Positions 9,848 through 20,648 of a DNA stretch of 64,000 nt are shown in pieces (the first letter of the stretch is position 1; each line of letters opens with the position of its first letter). Under the pieces are notes generated by a model. It was not told where the DNA came from. It searched no databases and saw only the letters and a program-made list of their open reading frames with translations. Source of the stretch: Pseudomonadota bacterium (GTDB lineage: Bacteria; Pseudomonadota; Gammaproteobacteria; JAKAQQ01); the NCBI GenBank assembly GCA_021839245.1, contig JAKCBQ010000001.1, positions 41,032-105,031 of the forward strand, written 5' to 3'. The position numbers were made by a program, and so were the translations under genes.

Positions 9848-11955
9848 GCGTGAATATGTACCGGGCGGCCCGCGGTCGTAGAGCTGGGTGCGTGCGGCAC
9901 GGCTCCGTGCAGGTGGCGAGACGTCAGGGGCGGCAACACGGGACGATGGCTGTGTGGCATCAACGGAATCGGTCGTTCATGCCGGAGCTCCAAAGCACGA
10001 AGGAACCGGTACGCTCGAGCGGTCTGGATTCCCGTTTGTGTCCGCGTCCGGAGAATGGTGGGTTGCAGGAACACCATGAGGTCCTGTTTTTGCTTGGATG
10101 TACTGGCGTAGCGGAAAAGGTACCCGAGCAACGGGATGTCGCCCAGCAGAGGGACTTTTTCCTTGGTTTCGCTGATCTGATCGCTGATGAGGCCCCCCAA
10201 AACAATGATCTGATGATTGTTGGCGATCACCGTCGTCGAGATTTTGCGGTTGTTGGTGATGAGATCAATCGCACCCTGAACGGACGGAGCCAAGCTCGAG
10301 ACTTTTTGCTTGATGTTGAGGATGACGCTGTTTCCCGCACTGACCCGTGGCTTGATCTGAAGGGTGATTCCCACTTCGTGACGCTGCACGGTCTGGAAAG
10401 GATTGACCACGCCCGCGCCCGCCGTTGACGCGGCCGACGTGTACGCGTACTGCCCCGTCAAAAACGGGACGCGTTGTCCGACCTCGATTTTGGCCTTCTG
10501 GTTGTCGAGCGCAACGACGCTGGGCGTCGACAGAATGTTCGTGTTGGTGTTCGAGGCGAGGGCATTGAGAAGGGCTGCGAAACTCAAGCCGTTGTTCACG
10601 ATGCGACCCACACCGAAGAGCAGGCCGTCGGGGATGTTGATGGACGCGAGAGGGGAGGCGGTGACACCCGTCGACGTTGTTGTGCCTGTGCTCGTCAAGC
10701 CCCCGCTCGTCAGCCCCTCGTAAGCTTCGCCGAGCTGGACCACTCCCGTGCCGGTCCCGCTGAAGTTGGTGAGACTCGCCGCCCCGGCTCCCAGAGCGGC
10801 CCAAGTGATGCCCAGCTGAGCGGCAGCGTTGGAGGTCAGTTCGGCAATGATGGCCTGGACAAGAACTTGTGCCCGTCGAACGTCCAGCTGGTCAATGACG
10901 CTACGGATCGATCGCATCAGTTTTGCCGGTGCGGTGACCACAAGGGCATTGATCGAGTCATCTGCAACGACGACGGGGCGAATCCCGGACGGTGCCGCAA
11001 CGCCTTTGCCGTGAGGCTGCTCATGACTGATGGCCTTGACGTAGGCCTCTAGAATCTTGGCCATGCTTTTAGCTCGCGCGTAGCGCAACCGTATGACCTG
11101 AGTGTTGCCGCCGTTCCGCACCGGGTGATCGAGACTGACGATCAACGCCCGCAATTCAAGGCGCTCCGAGCGCGATCCCGCGATCAGAATGCTGTTGGTC
11201 CTCGGATCGGCGACGAGTCGGATCGGGATGGCCTCGTCTGATTGCTCGCCTCGATAGAGCGTGTTGAGCAGCCGCACGACGTTGCTGGCGGATGCGTAAT
11301 GAAGAGGAACGACGTCGATTCCCATCGTGCTCGGTCTATCAACCCGTCGAATAATGCGCAACATCCGCGCAACGTTTGAAGCTCTGTCCGAAATGATCAG
11401 CATGTTGGAGGGCGTATACGCCGAGAGCTGTGCCGACGGGCTCATGAGAGGGCGGAGAACAGGTACCAGCTGCGCCGCGTTGGTGTAGCGCAACCTCACC
11501 ACCTCTGTGACCGGTTCTTCTCCCGGGATACCAGGAGCAAAGCCGACGGCTCGACCGGGCATTTGGTGGGCCGAAAGCGAGGGAACAATTTTGTAGGTGT
11601 CGTTTCCTACAGGGATGGCGGCATAGCCGTGCACGGCCAGCATGGCGAGAAACGTGGCGTACACCGCGTCCGGCGGGATGGGGTGGGTCGAGATCATCGT
11701 GATATCGCCTTGCACCCTGGGGTCGAGAATAAAGTTCTTGCCCGTGACGCGACTGATCATGCGCACCACGCTGGCGATGGGTGCGTGCTTGAAGTTAAGA
11801 AGCGTTCCTTGCGCGCGACCCGTTTGCGCTGGTGTGGCTTGAGCGGAACATGCGAGAGGGACAAAAAAAGCCGCCGCAACCAGAACCAAAAGACGAATCC
11901 GTCTTGGTCCGATCGGCGACAGCAAGGGGAAGGGCGAGGCGGGCATGAGTGGCAC
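9844..11955 (-). CDS. gspD: type II secretion system secretin GspD
   Basis: 703 aa with signal peptide, N0-N3 domains and a C-terminal secretin domain (VPLLGDIPLLGYLFR...). Confidence 0.9.
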   Translation of the reverse strand: MPLMPASPFPLLSPIGPRRIRLLVLVAAAFFVPLACSAQATPAQTGRAQGTLLNFKHAPIASVVRMISRVTGKNFILDPRVQGDITMISTHPIPPDAVYATFLAMLAVHGYAAIPVGNDTYKIVPSLSAHQMPGRAVGFAPGIPGEEPVTEVVRLRYTNAAQLVPVLRPLMSPSAQLSAYTPSNMLIISDRASNVARMLRIIRRVDRPSTMGIDVVPLHYASASNVVRLLNTLYRGEQSDEAIPIRLVADPRTNSILIAGSRSERLELRALIVSLDHPVRNGGNTQVIRLRYARAKSMAKILEAYVKAISHEQPHGKGVAAPSGIRPVVVADDSINALVVTAPAKLMRSIRSVIDQLDVRRAQVLVQAIIAELTSNAAAQLGITWAALGAGAASLTNFSGTGTGVVQLGEAYEGLTSGGLTSTGTTTSTGVTASPLASINIPDGLLFGVGRIVNNGLSFAALLNALASNTNTNILSTPSVVALDNQKAKIEVGQRVPFLTGQYAYTSAASTAGAGVVNPFQTVQRHEVGITLQIKPRVSAGNSVILNIKQKVSSLAPSVQGAIDLITNNRKISTTVIANNHQIIVLGGLISDQISETKEKVPLLGDIPLLGYLFRYASTSKQKQDLMVFLQPTILRTRTQTGIQTARAYRFLRALELRHERPIPLMPHSHRPVLPPLTSRHLHGAVPHAPSSTTAGRPVHIHA

Positions 11956-11966
11956 GGTCCGTTTTC

Positions 11967-12845
11967 TTAAAGAGCAGAGGTGGAGGGGAGGCTGATCACA
12001 AGATCGGCGCCGTTGCGCTCAATACTGAGCACGATCGGAACATGTTGATTCGCGAAACGTTCGATGAGATTGTAGCCCTGCAATGGATTTGTCAGTTTAA
12101 CTCCATTCACGGCCGTAAGAAGATCTCCGGGGCGAAGGCCCACACGGGCAAAAAGGGAAGAATTGGGCCCGGGGTAGAGACGAATACCTGTAAAGCGGCC
12201 GTTTGTGTAGACAGGGAACGGCCGTAAATAGTTCATGAGATTCGAAGGGTGTGCCAGTAAGCGAGCCGCAAACATGGGAGGCCGTTTCGTACGTCCGGGC
12301 AGGGGCGGGCTCGGCAAGGCCTGGGTGCTGAAACTCCGAGCTCGGGTGAAAGCGATGGACTGCAGGGTCCCCTGGTAGCGCAGAATGACCCTATCACGGT
12401 GAACGCTGACGATTTGAGCGCCACCCGGGATGGTGCCTCCGACACGGTAAACACGTGCAATACCATTCATTTCCAAAATCGCTAGGGATTGACGGTGGTC
12501 TGGAAGAACCGCGACGCCTATCAGTTTCAGCGCCAGGCTTGAAGGGGCTATCCCCCCACCCGTTGAATCGTGGTACGACGGAGGAGGGGTCCCGAAAGGG
12601 TCATCACGATCGAGGAGGGAAGACGCCGATCGCGAAACCACTGCTCCTCTCGTCGGCCCGAGAGCCGGCGATCGCCCCACGGGGAACAGCTCGGAAAGAA
12701 CCGTCCAGAAAAAGGGAACCAGAGCGAACGCCAAAAGTATGACGAAGACGTACGGAAGGCCCGAGGGAGCCTTGCCGACGACACGTCGACCCGCGCGTAT
12801 GGTCCCGCTGACCCACGGTGGTATTTCCTTAGCACGTGAACTCAT
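11967..12845 (-). CDS. gspC: type II secretion system protein GspC (PDZ-containing)
   Basis: N-terminal TM anchor and C-terminal PDZ-like region (LRPGDLLTAVNGVKL). It sits immediately upstream of gspD. Confidence 0.7.
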   Translation of the reverse strand: MSSRAKEIPPWVSGTIRAGRRVVGKAPSGLPYVFVILLAFALVPFFWTVLSELFPVGRSPALGPTRGAVVSRSASSLLDRDDPFGTPPPSYHDSTGGGIAPSSLALKLIGVAVLPDHRQSLAILEMNGIARVYRVGGTIPGGAQIVSVHRDRVILRYQGTLQSIAFTRARSFSTQALPSPPLPGRTKRPPMFAARLLAHPSNLMNYLRPFPVYTNGRFTGIRLYPGPNSSLFARVGLRPGDLLTAVNGVKLTNPLQGYNLIERFANQHVPIVLSIERNGADLVISLPSTSAL

Positions 12846-13052
12846 GGCAACTCGTACGCGTGACGGTTATCCTGTCAACGGCGGCATGGTACGCGCCGAA
12901 CCGGTATCTGCCCCAGGCTCGCGAAGCCAAAAGCCAGCGAAGCAAGCCTTCTCATCATAGCGGACCGAGAGAGCTTTGGGGAGAATCGGGATCGGAATGG
13001 ACCGGTCAGTTTGTTCCCCGTGACCGCCAAGGGGCTGGGGTACAATCGGGCC

Positions 13053-13370
13053 ATGAGCATCTCTTCCACCGACGGCCAAATCAGGGCATCGCCTGACAAG
13101 TCCGCCACGGATATCAGGCGACCGCGCCTCTACCGTGTCGTTCTGATCAACGACGATTACACCCCTATGGACTTCGTCGTGGATGTCCTCGAAAGGTTTT
13201 TCCACATGGAGCGCGTGAGCGCCACCAAGATCATGTTGCTCGTACACACTCAGGGAAGGGGGATTTGTGGTGTCTACCCGCGAGAGATTGCGGAAACAAA
13301 GGTTGATCAGGTTATGCGTTACGCGCGCCGGCACCAGCATCCTCTGTTGTGCGTTATGGAGAAGACGTGA
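13053..13370 (+). CDS. clpS: ATP-dependent Clp protease adaptor ClpS
   Basis: ~105 aa with [24 protein letters not shown], the ClpS core. I took the second Met (MSISS...) as the start. The stop overlaps the clpA start (TGATG). Confidence 0.85.
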   Translation: MSISSTDGQIRASPDKSATDIRRPRLYRVVLINDDYTPMDFVVDVLERFFHMERVSATKIMLLVHTQGRGICGVYPREIAETKVDQVMRYARRHQHPLLCVMEKT

Positions 13371-15643
13371 TGCTAAGCAAAGAGCTCGAGAACTGTTTGA
13401 ACGCCGCGTTCCGTGACGCGCGTGAGAAACACCACGAATACATGACGGTTGAACATTTGCTCGGGGCGCTTCTCCTTTCGCCAACGGTGGTGGAGGTTCT
13501 TCAGGCGTGTGGAAGCGACATCGATCAGCTGCGTCAAGATCTTCTGTTCTATGTCGACGCACATACACCGACTTCAAGTGCGATTCAAGAAGTTCAGACC
13601 ACACTGGGTTTTCAGCGGGTCCTCCAGAGGGCTGTGCTGCATGGACAATCGGCGAACGAGAGAGAAGTGACGTGCGTCAACGTTCTCGTGGCTATCTTTG
13701 GGGAGCGAGAATCGCACGCGGTTTACTTGCTCAATCATCAAGGTGTCACACGTCTTGATGTTGTGAATTACCTTGCCCATGGAAGAGTCAAATCACGCGA
13801 AGATCACGGCACCCCTTCGGAAAACGAAAGCGACTCCGAAGGGGACAGTTCCGAAACACGCACGCTCGAGCACTACGCCACAAATCTGACACGCCTTGCC
13901 CGTGAGCGCAAGCTCGATCCCTTGATTGGTCGTGATTTGGAACTGGAGCGGGCGATAGAAATCCTCTGTCGCCGAAGGAAGAACAATCCTCTCTTCGTCG
14001 GCGAAGCGGGCGTTGGCAAAACGGCTTTGGCCGAAGGATTGGCGTGGAGAATCGTCGATGGACAGGTTCCTGATGCCCTCGCCGATGCCGCGATCTACGC
14101 CTTGGATATGGGCTCGTTGGTGGCCGGAACCAAATACCGCGGAGACTTTGAAAAGCGGCTTAAAAACGTCATCAACGAGCTGCGACGCCGCCCCCAGTCC
14201 ATTCTTTTTATTGATGAGATTCACACGGTCATCGGAGCCGGAGCCGCGTCCGGTGGTGTGATGGACGCCTCGAACCTGATCAAACCCATACTTTCCAGCG
14301 GAGAAATCCGCTGCATCGGCTCGACCACGCATCAGGAATACCGGTCGATTTTCGAAAAAGATCGCGCGCTCGCGCGACGCTTCCAAAAAATTGATGTTCC
14401 CGAGCCGTCCATAGCCGAGACCATCGCGATTCTCAAGGGACTCAAGGCTCGGTTTGAAGAGCATCACCACGTGCGCTATCCCAATCGGGCACTTGAGGCG
14501 GCTGCTCAACTCGCCGCGCGCTACATTACTGACAGACACCTCCCCGACAAAGCGATTGATGTGATCGACGAAGTGGGGGCTTCTCTTCAGGTGCGTGTTC
14601 AATCGGGTAAGAAAAAATCACGTCACTCAGTCACCGTGCGGGACGTTGAGAGTGTGATAGCCAAGATTGCCCGCGTTCCAACCGTGACCGTTTCGGCGAC
14701 TGACCGTGAAACGCTTCAGCAATTGGAACGGAATTTATCTTTGACTATTTTTGGGCAAGACGAAGCCGTGCGTGCCCTCGCGAGCGCTATCAAAATGGCT
14801 CGCTCAGGACTCCGCGATGAGCGCAAGCCGATTGCATCGCTTTTGTTTGCGGGCCCAACCGGCGTGGGGAAAACCGAAGTGACACGGCAATTGGCGCTGG
14901 GTTTGGGCATGGAGTGTGTTCGTTTTGACATGTCTGAGTATATGGAGCGCCATGCTGTATCCCGTCTCATAGGCGCGCCTCCGGGTTACGTTGGCTTTGA
15001 CCAGGGCGGACTCCTTACAGAAGCCATTTTGCGTACGCCGCACGCTGTTCTTCTGCTCGATGAGATTGAGAAGGCACACCCCGATCTTTTCAATATTCTT
15101 CTGCAAGTCATGGATCACGGTACGCTGACGGACAGCAACGGTCGGTCGGTGGATTTTCGTCATGTGATACTGGTGATGACCAGCAACTGCGGCGCTCAGG
15201 ACCTGACGCGGCGTAGTATTGGCTTTACCGAACAAGATACGAGCCACGATGCACGCGAAATCATTCGCCGAACATTCAGCCCGGAATTCCGCAATCGTCT
15301 GGATGGCGTGATCGTCTTCCAGTCTCTGTCGACAGAAACTGTCCGACGAATCGTTGATAAGTTTGTTATTCAGCTTGAGAGCCAGCTGGAACCCAAGGGA
15401 GTGATACTCGACGTTGCCGAAGAGGCGAGAATGCTCATCGCCGAACTGGGGCACAACGAGAAGATGGGCGCGCGTCCCATGGAACGCATTATCCAGGAAC
15501 AGATTAAACGGCCCTTGGCCGAGGAACTTCTTTTTGGCCGTCTGGTTCATGGAGGCCGCGTTCGTGTTGTGGTACGCGACGGGAAAATCGAGGTTGATTG
15601 CGTGCCCGCAGCAGCGACTTCACCACACGAAGCCTCCACCTAG
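13370..15643 (+). CDS. clpA: ATP-dependent Clp protease ATP-binding subunit ClpA
   Basis: N-domain [31 protein letters not shown], followed by two AAA+ modules (GEAGVGKTA; GPTGVGKTE). Confidence 0.9.
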   Translation: MLSKELENCLNAAFRDAREKHHEYMTVEHLLGALLLSPTVVEVLQACGSDIDQLRQDLLFYVDAHTPTSSAIQEVQTTLGFQRVLQRAVLHGQSANEREVTCVNVLVAIFGERESHAVYLLNHQGVTRLDVVNYLAHGRVKSREDHGTPSENESDSEGDSSETRTLEHYATNLTRLARERKLDPLIGRDLELERAIEILCRRRKNNPLFVGEAGVGKTALAEGLAWRIVDGQVPDALADAAIYALDMGSLVAGTKYRGDFEKRLKNVINELRRRPQSILFIDEIHTVIGAGAASGGVMDASNLIKPILSSGEIRCIGSTTHQEYRSIFEKDRALARRFQKIDVPEPSIAETIAILKGLKARFEEHHHVRYPNRALEAAAQLAARYITDRHLPDKAIDVIDEVGASLQVRVQSGKKKSRHSVTVRDVESVIAKIARVPTVTVSATDRETLQQLERNLSLTIFGQDEAVRALASAIKMARSGLRDERKPIASLLFAGPTGVGKTEVTRQLALGLGMECVRFDMSEYMERHAVSRLIGAPPGYVGFDQGGLLTEAILRTPHAVLLLDEIEKAHPDLFNILLQVMDHGTLTDSNGRSVDFRHVILVMTSNCGAQDLTRRSIGFTEQDTSHDAREIIRRTFSPEFRNRLDGVIVFQSLSTETVRRIVDKFVIQLESQLEPKGVILDVAEEARMLIAELGHNEKMGARPMERIIQEQIKRPLAEELLFGRLVHGGRVRVVVRDGKIEVDCVPAAATSPHEAST

Positions 15644-15667
15644 TTTTGACGTTCTCTGGTTTAAGCG

Positions 15668-16534
15668 GTGCTGAACTCTCCGACGCAGGAAGACACAACG
15701 GCCGCAGCCGGTCGAGTCTGGCGCAACGTCTACTACATCTCCGACGGCACGGCAATTACGGCTCAAACCGTGGGGCGAAGTTTGTTGACGCAGTTTGAGA
15801 GACGCTACCGATTTCGTGATGCGCTTATTCCTTTTGTCGATAGTGAAGAAAAAGCGCGCAAGGTTGCCGAGCGCCTCGCGGACGATCAGAGTCGTCACGA
15901 ATTGCCATCCATTGTATTCAGCACGTTCGTGAGTGAAACGCTGGACCGTATCGTTCGGGCGGCCCCTGGTGTTCATGTTGCTGTTTTTCACGAGTTTATC
16001 CCTCGATTGGAGCACGAACTCGGGATGTCCGCCGAGCACACTCGAGGGTTGGCTCATGGAGCCAGCGATTTCGCACACTACACGCGACGTATTGACGCCA
16101 TCAACTACGCGCTGCTCCACGACGACGGCATGACAACAGAGGGTTATTCCAAAAGCGAGATCATCCTCATCGGCATCTCTCGGGTGGGGAAAACGCCCAC
16201 ATCGCTCTATCTGGCACTACAGCACGGCATCTTTGTTGCCAACTATCCGCTTTCTTCTGAAGATCTTGCGGCACAAACACTTCCGTCGGCTTTGCGCCCC
16301 CATCGGCGCAAAATCTTCGGCCTCACCATACAACCCGAGCGCTTGCAAGTCATCCGTCAAACCCGGCGCCCTGATTCTCATTACGCATCCCCGCGGCAGG
16401 TACAAGATGAGGTTGACGCGGCGGAAGGTCTTATGCGCCTTTCCGGGGTCCCGTTCCTGGATACGACAAAACGGTCTATTGAAGAAATCGCTTCGACGAT
16501 TCTGCAAAGGCACTCGTCCATCACCGCCGAATGA
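15668..16534 (+). CDS. ppsR: PEP synthase regulatory protein (bifunctional kinase/pyrophosphorylase, DUF299)
   Basis: VYYISDGTAITAQT N-terminus and P-loop GISRVGKTPTSLYLA are characteristic of PpsR/YdiA. Confidence 0.8.
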   Translation: MLNSPTQEDTTAAAGRVWRNVYYISDGTAITAQTVGRSLLTQFERRYRFRDALIPFVDSEEKARKVAERLADDQSRHELPSIVFSTFVSETLDRIVRAAPGVHVAVFHEFIPRLEHELGMSAEHTRGLAHGASDFAHYTRRIDAINYALLHDDGMTTEGYSKSEIILIGISRVGKTPTSLYLALQHGIFVANYPLSSEDLAAQTLPSALRPHRRKIFGLTIQPERLQVIRQTRRPDSHYASPRQVQDEVDAAEGLMRLSGVPFLDTTKRSIEEIASTILQRHSSITAE

Positions 16535-17052
16535 TCAGCCACCTCGAACAAAAATGGATGACGGCGCCTTCCGTCGCAGATCTGCTCTCTTCGACCACGG
16601 AGCGTGGCCTAGGGATGTGGCTCGCAGAACTTTACGAAGGTAACTACCGTCTTTTCTCGATCCTTTGCGGATCACTCAGGGATCTTCCCGAACGTTGGGT
16701 TTCCCGAAGAGAGGGATCTCTTCTCTGCACCTTGGAGGCTGTGCGCCTTGGTCCCTACACTACGGCCATCCGTTACCGCTTCACTCTTCCGGATCTTGCC
16801 GTGGCCGCTTTGGCTCGTTTGTATCACGATGCCAAGATTTGCGAAGCTCTCTGCTGCCTTCGTGAGATACCTGGCCCCCATGGGGCTGATGACGGTGACT
16901 TTGTGCCCGCTCTACGACGTCCTCAAGATCTGTCGATAGCCGTAAAATGGGCCATCAACCATCAGTTTCGCCGCTGGCTTGAGTACGGATTGGCCCGGGG
17001 CCACTTTACAGCCAGACGTCTGTGCATCGATCCGCGCGCGCTGTCTCTATGA
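16531..17052 (+). CDS. hypothetical protein, 4-nt overlap with ppsR
   Basis: 173-aa ORF translationally coupled to ppsR. I recognise no motifs. Confidence 0.4.
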   Translation: MISHLEQKWMTAPSVADLLSSTTERGLGMWLAELYEGNYRLFSILCGSLRDLPERWVSRREGSLLCTLEAVRLGPYTTAIRYRFTLPDLAVAALARLYHDAKICEALCCLREIPGPHGADDGDFVPALRRPQDLSIAVKWAINHQFRRWLEYGLARGHFTARRLCIDPRALSL

Positions 17053-17235
17053 CAGTGAAGAAGGCACGAGTCCCTAACCTTGGTCGAGAAATGTGGCAGA
17101 ATCATAGCCATGGCATAGCCACCGGAACATTCGGATGGGAGGAGGTACGGATTGAAGACGAACAACACTCAAAGGCTCCTTATGAGAAGGCTTTTTCAAT
17201 GATGCGCACGTCTTGGTGTTGGCTCTAAGTGGGAT

Positions 17236-18276
17236 TTGCAGATGCCTTCCAACGAGCGTGAATCCGACCTGCCCTACAATAGTAACGAGCTGACAATACG
17301 TGCTCAGGACATTCTTGAGCAATACGAAGCCGTACGCAAGGAACTTGGAGAAACAATTGCCGAGCGTGACAATCTCCGCCAAAAAATGGAGCGCCTCTGG
17401 ACACAGTTCCGTGAACTCGAACAGGTTTTGGCAGACCCTGAACAAGGAACGGCCGCCATCGTCTATTATCGATTGCGTGCTGTTTGGAGCATTTGCCAGC
17501 AGCAGTTGGCCACACTCGCCCGGCAATCGGTTGACCGATTGATCGTTCCCGATCGTCAACGGTACGAGCAAAAAATAGCGATTGCGCTACAAACCAAACG
17601 ACAGGCCATGGAAGAGCGCAAGTCACAAATTCAAGCCGAACGGGCGTCCATCTATGCCACCGTCTTGCGCCTCGAAGAGGAGCTTAAAAAAAACACGGGT
17701 TTTCATCGCGCAATCGCCCGGCGCAGTATCGAGCGGTCACTGCAGACGGCCCGGGAACGTCTAATCCCTTACGATGCGCGCATCAAAGAGCTCAGTAAAC
17801 AAATTGAATCTTTGGATCAAGAGCCGCTCCCTCCATATCCCGGGTTGCCAATCAATGTGCGCCGTGACATCAATCTTCTTTTGATCGCTCTCGCGCAACA
17901 AAACTATCTTCTTTTCCGTGCAGACAACGTTGCCGACCATGCCCTGACAGCACACCGCAAGACTCTCAAGGAGGCCTATTTCGGCACGCTGGCGGATTGT
18001 CAAAAACTGGACCGATGCATTCGTGAAGCTCTGGTGACGTTCCGTAGCCGTAGTGCTGACAGCGCTTCGGTGCGGCGGCGTGCTTCGGATTTACGCTTGC
18101 AGGCTCGTTACCTGAACGAGGAGCATACTGTTCCCATTCCTGAAACGCTGAACTTTATCCACGAAACCAAGATTTCGGATCAGAAACGCGGCTTTGCTTC
18201 TGATTTTGATCAACCCATTCCCGTCAACGTTCTCGCTCTGAATTACTGGAATCTCCAGGATGTTCTCATGCCTTAA
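17236..18276 (+). CDS. hypothetical coiled-coil protein
   Basis: 346 aa. The N-terminal half is heptad-rich (LEQYEAVRKELGETIAERDNLRQKMERLWTQFRELEQ). There is no signal peptide. Confidence 0.45.
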   Translation: MQMPSNERESDLPYNSNELTIRAQDILEQYEAVRKELGETIAERDNLRQKMERLWTQFRELEQVLADPEQGTAAIVYYRLRAVWSICQQQLATLARQSVDRLIVPDRQRYEQKIAIALQTKRQAMEERKSQIQAERASIYATVLRLEEELKKNTGFHRAIARRSIERSLQTARERLIPYDARIKELSKQIESLDQEPLPPYPGLPINVRRDINLLLIALAQQNYLLFRADNVADHALTAHRKTLKEAYFGTLADCQKLDRCIREALVTFRSRSADSASVRRRASDLRLQARYLNEEHTVPIPETLNFIHETKISDQKRGFASDFDQPIPVNVLALNYWNLQDVLMP

Positions 18277-18372
18277 CGGGGCAGTGAGAACGTTGTATGG
18301 CAGAACGTTCCATAACGTTTGTTGAATTTGTCGTTGCGCGGCTGTCCGATAGACAGTCCCCGAGACGCGATT

Positions 18373-20490
18373 CTAACCGCCCCGCACATTTTCTGCGGCA
18401 GCCCAGATGGCAGCCACATGCTCGGCAGCAATCAGCGGCATGTCGGGAATACGAAAATGGCGTCCTCTGAGCTGCGCGAGAGTATGTATAGGCGCCTGGC
18501 CTGCAATATGTAGCCACGCGTTGTCAAGCCTCAACTGACGTGCATTGCGGGCGCGTCTTTGGGACTCATAAGCCTTCCAATTGAGAGGAACGCTGTCGAT
18601 TTTTTCGTCGTGACGCGCCTGTTCGATGGTGCGGACATAGAGTTTGTAGCGTGGATTGGTGTGGGCCCAAGCCAGGAACTCTTTCTTGATCATGGGAAGT
18701 TTGTGATCGAGACCCACGTGCATGACGGTATAAGGTGACGTGGGGATCTTGCTCCACGGTAGCGCGTTCGGTGAGTCTTCTTCACCAAACTCGTTGTCGA
18801 GAAGTGTCGATGGAATGGCGATATCGGGCGTAATCCCACGGTCTTGCGTGCTATCGCCGTTGATGCGATAGAACTTGGCAATAGTGAGCTTGATCTCGCC
18901 CGCATGCAGTCCCGGAAGAATGCGGTGCAAATTCATCAAAGTTTGAACGGTCCCCTTTCCGTAGGTGCGGCTACCCATCACGATGGCACGGTGATAGTCT
19001 TTCAGGGCTGCAGTAAAAATCTCTGTGGCTGACGCCGAGAGACGATTGACAAGAATGACGATCGGTCCAGTGTAGACAGGGCCACGGTTGGGATCCGGCA
19101 TGATTTGCCGTCCGTCGGCGCTCATGATCTGGACCACGGGCCCTTTATCAATGTAGAGCCCTATCGCACGAGCCGCCTCTCGAAGAGAACCTCCACCGTT
19201 GTTGCGAAGTTCGAGCACCAGGGCGTTCATCCCCTCGTGCTCCAACTGAAGCGTAAGCCGCTTCATATCACGGTAGGTGCTTCGGTAATGTTTTTTCCCT
19301 TCCTGCTCACTGCGAAAGTCCAAATAGAACGTTGGAAGTGTGATGACCCCAATTTTGTAGACTTTGCGTCCGAGTGTTACGGGAACCAGGCGTGCGTGAG
19401 CCGCACCGCTTTTCAGTCGAATCGTTCCCCGGACGAGCGTGACAAGCTGTTTGGGCCCACCGACAGGGGCCCCGGAGGGCAGGATGCTCAGGCGGACGAT
19501 GCTGCCTTTGGGGCCACGAATCATTTCGACAATGCTGTCCAAACCGCGCCCTACGACATCTCTCATGGCTCCCTTGGCGCCTTCCCCGATCGCCGTGATG
19601 CGATCACCAGGGTGCAGCTCTCCGTTTTTTGCCGCTGGGCCACCCGGAAGAATACGAACGATCGTGGCATAACCGTCCCGCTCTTCCAACTGTGTTCCGA
19701 TCCCATGGAGCTTTAGTGACATGGCGATCCGGAACTGCTGTTGGGCAATCGGTGAAAAGTATGAGGTGTGCGGATCGATGCCTTTCGCGAAAGCCGTCAT
19801 AAACGTATCGAACACGCGATGTTGCGGGATCTGTCGCAAACGTCTCAGTTGCCTTGTGTAGCGTCGGCGCAAAATCATGCGGGCTTGGGCCACCGTCTTG
19901 CCGTCGGCACGCAACCCAATGATCTCGCTTAGCAATCTCTCTTTCCATATCGACTCGAGGCTTTTCAACGATGGTGCCCACGGTGCATGCTCGCGGGCAA
20001 AAACAAATGATTGATTCCTCTTAAAGTCGTATTGACCTTGACGAAGGTAGGCAATCGCGAAGTGGAGCATTCGAGACACTTGATCTCGGTAGAGGATGTA
20101 AATCCTAAAACCCGGACGGAGATCGCCCCTCTTGAGGTCCTGGCTGAGATGCTGTCCATACTGGTGTTCAAAGGACGTAACTTGTGCGGCCGTAAAGAAA
20201 TAATGATCGGGATCGAGGAGGTGCAAATATTCTTTGAGGATCAGTAGCCCGCGATGACGGCTCATTCGCACGGGCGGGTAATGAAACCGCCGAACTTCGT
20301 CGTAAAAGATGCGCGCAATGAGAACCTGTGCGGGACGTGGTTTCAGGTTCGCTACAGGAACCACTGCCTTGCGGGCATTTGGCGCGACTTTCATCTGTGG
20401 CTTGGCAAGAGCCAGGGCTGTGGCTCCGGCGCCCAAGACAGCAAAAAAGATCGAAACGACAAAAAGGCTTCTGCGCATGAACATGAACAC
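18373..20490 (-). CDS. prc: carboxy-terminal processing (tail-specific) protease, S41 family
   Basis: 705 aa with signal peptide, a PDZ region (GGPAAKNGELHPGDRITAIGEG) and the S41 catalytic region (LVLELRNNGGGSL). Confidence 0.8.
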   Translation of the reverse strand: MFMFMRRSLFVVSIFFAVLGAGATALALAKPQMKVAPNARKAVVPVANLKPRPAQVLIARIFYDEVRRFHYPPVRMSRHRGLLILKEYLHLLDPDHYFFTAAQVTSFEHQYGQHLSQDLKRGDLRPGFRIYILYRDQVSRMLHFAIAYLRQGQYDFKRNQSFVFAREHAPWAPSLKSLESIWKERLLSEIIGLRADGKTVAQARMILRRRYTRQLRRLRQIPQHRVFDTFMTAFAKGIDPHTSYFSPIAQQQFRIAMSLKLHGIGTQLEERDGYATIVRILPGGPAAKNGELHPGDRITAIGEGAKGAMRDVVGRGLDSIVEMIRGPKGSIVRLSILPSGAPVGGPKQLVTLVRGTIRLKSGAAHARLVPVTLGRKVYKIGVITLPTFYLDFRSEQEGKKHYRSTYRDMKRLTLQLEHEGMNALVLELRNNGGGSLREAARAIGLYIDKGPVVQIMSADGRQIMPDPNRGPVYTGPIVILVNRLSASATEIFTAALKDYHRAIVMGSRTYGKGTVQTLMNLHRILPGLHAGEIKLTIAKFYRINGDSTQDRGITPDIAIPSTLLDNEFGEEDSPNALPWSKIPTSPYTVMHVGLDHKLPMIKKEFLAWAHTNPRYKLYVRTIEQARHDEKIDSVPLNWKAYESQRRARNARQLRLDNAWLHIAGQAPIHTLAQLRGRHFRIPDMPLIAAEHVAAIWAAAENVRGG

Positions 20491-20648
20491 GAACCGTAAT
20501 CAAGTGGGGGGCTGGAGAGCCCCGAGCGGGAGGGCAGGGGGCGCGAACAGCGAACAGGTGTTATAAACACATGTTAGCACGAGTTTCCTACATAATACGC
20601 CATGATGTATGCAACAATTGAGGCTTCGGAAGCGGTGGAAACATTCCG

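Noticed and set aside
13011-13052. TACAAT -10-like hexamer directly upstream of the clpS start
   Set aside because: It ends only about 8 nt before the ATG, leaving no room for a leader and RBS. It is probably coincidental.
12867-13604. 245-aa minus-strand ORF overlapping clpS and the 5' end of clpA
   Set aside because: The opposite strand encodes canonical ClpS and the ClpA N-domain with translational coupling. This ORF has no features.
13793-14602. 269-aa and 248-aa minus-strand ORFs (13793..14602; 14804..15550) inside clpA
   Set aside because: They are antisense to ClpA, which has both AAA+ modules intact. They are GC-driven.
16531-17052. Assigning the 173-aa ORF to DUF1249 (YqiB-like)
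   Set aside because: I could not match any diagnostic motif from memory. It is left as hypothetical.
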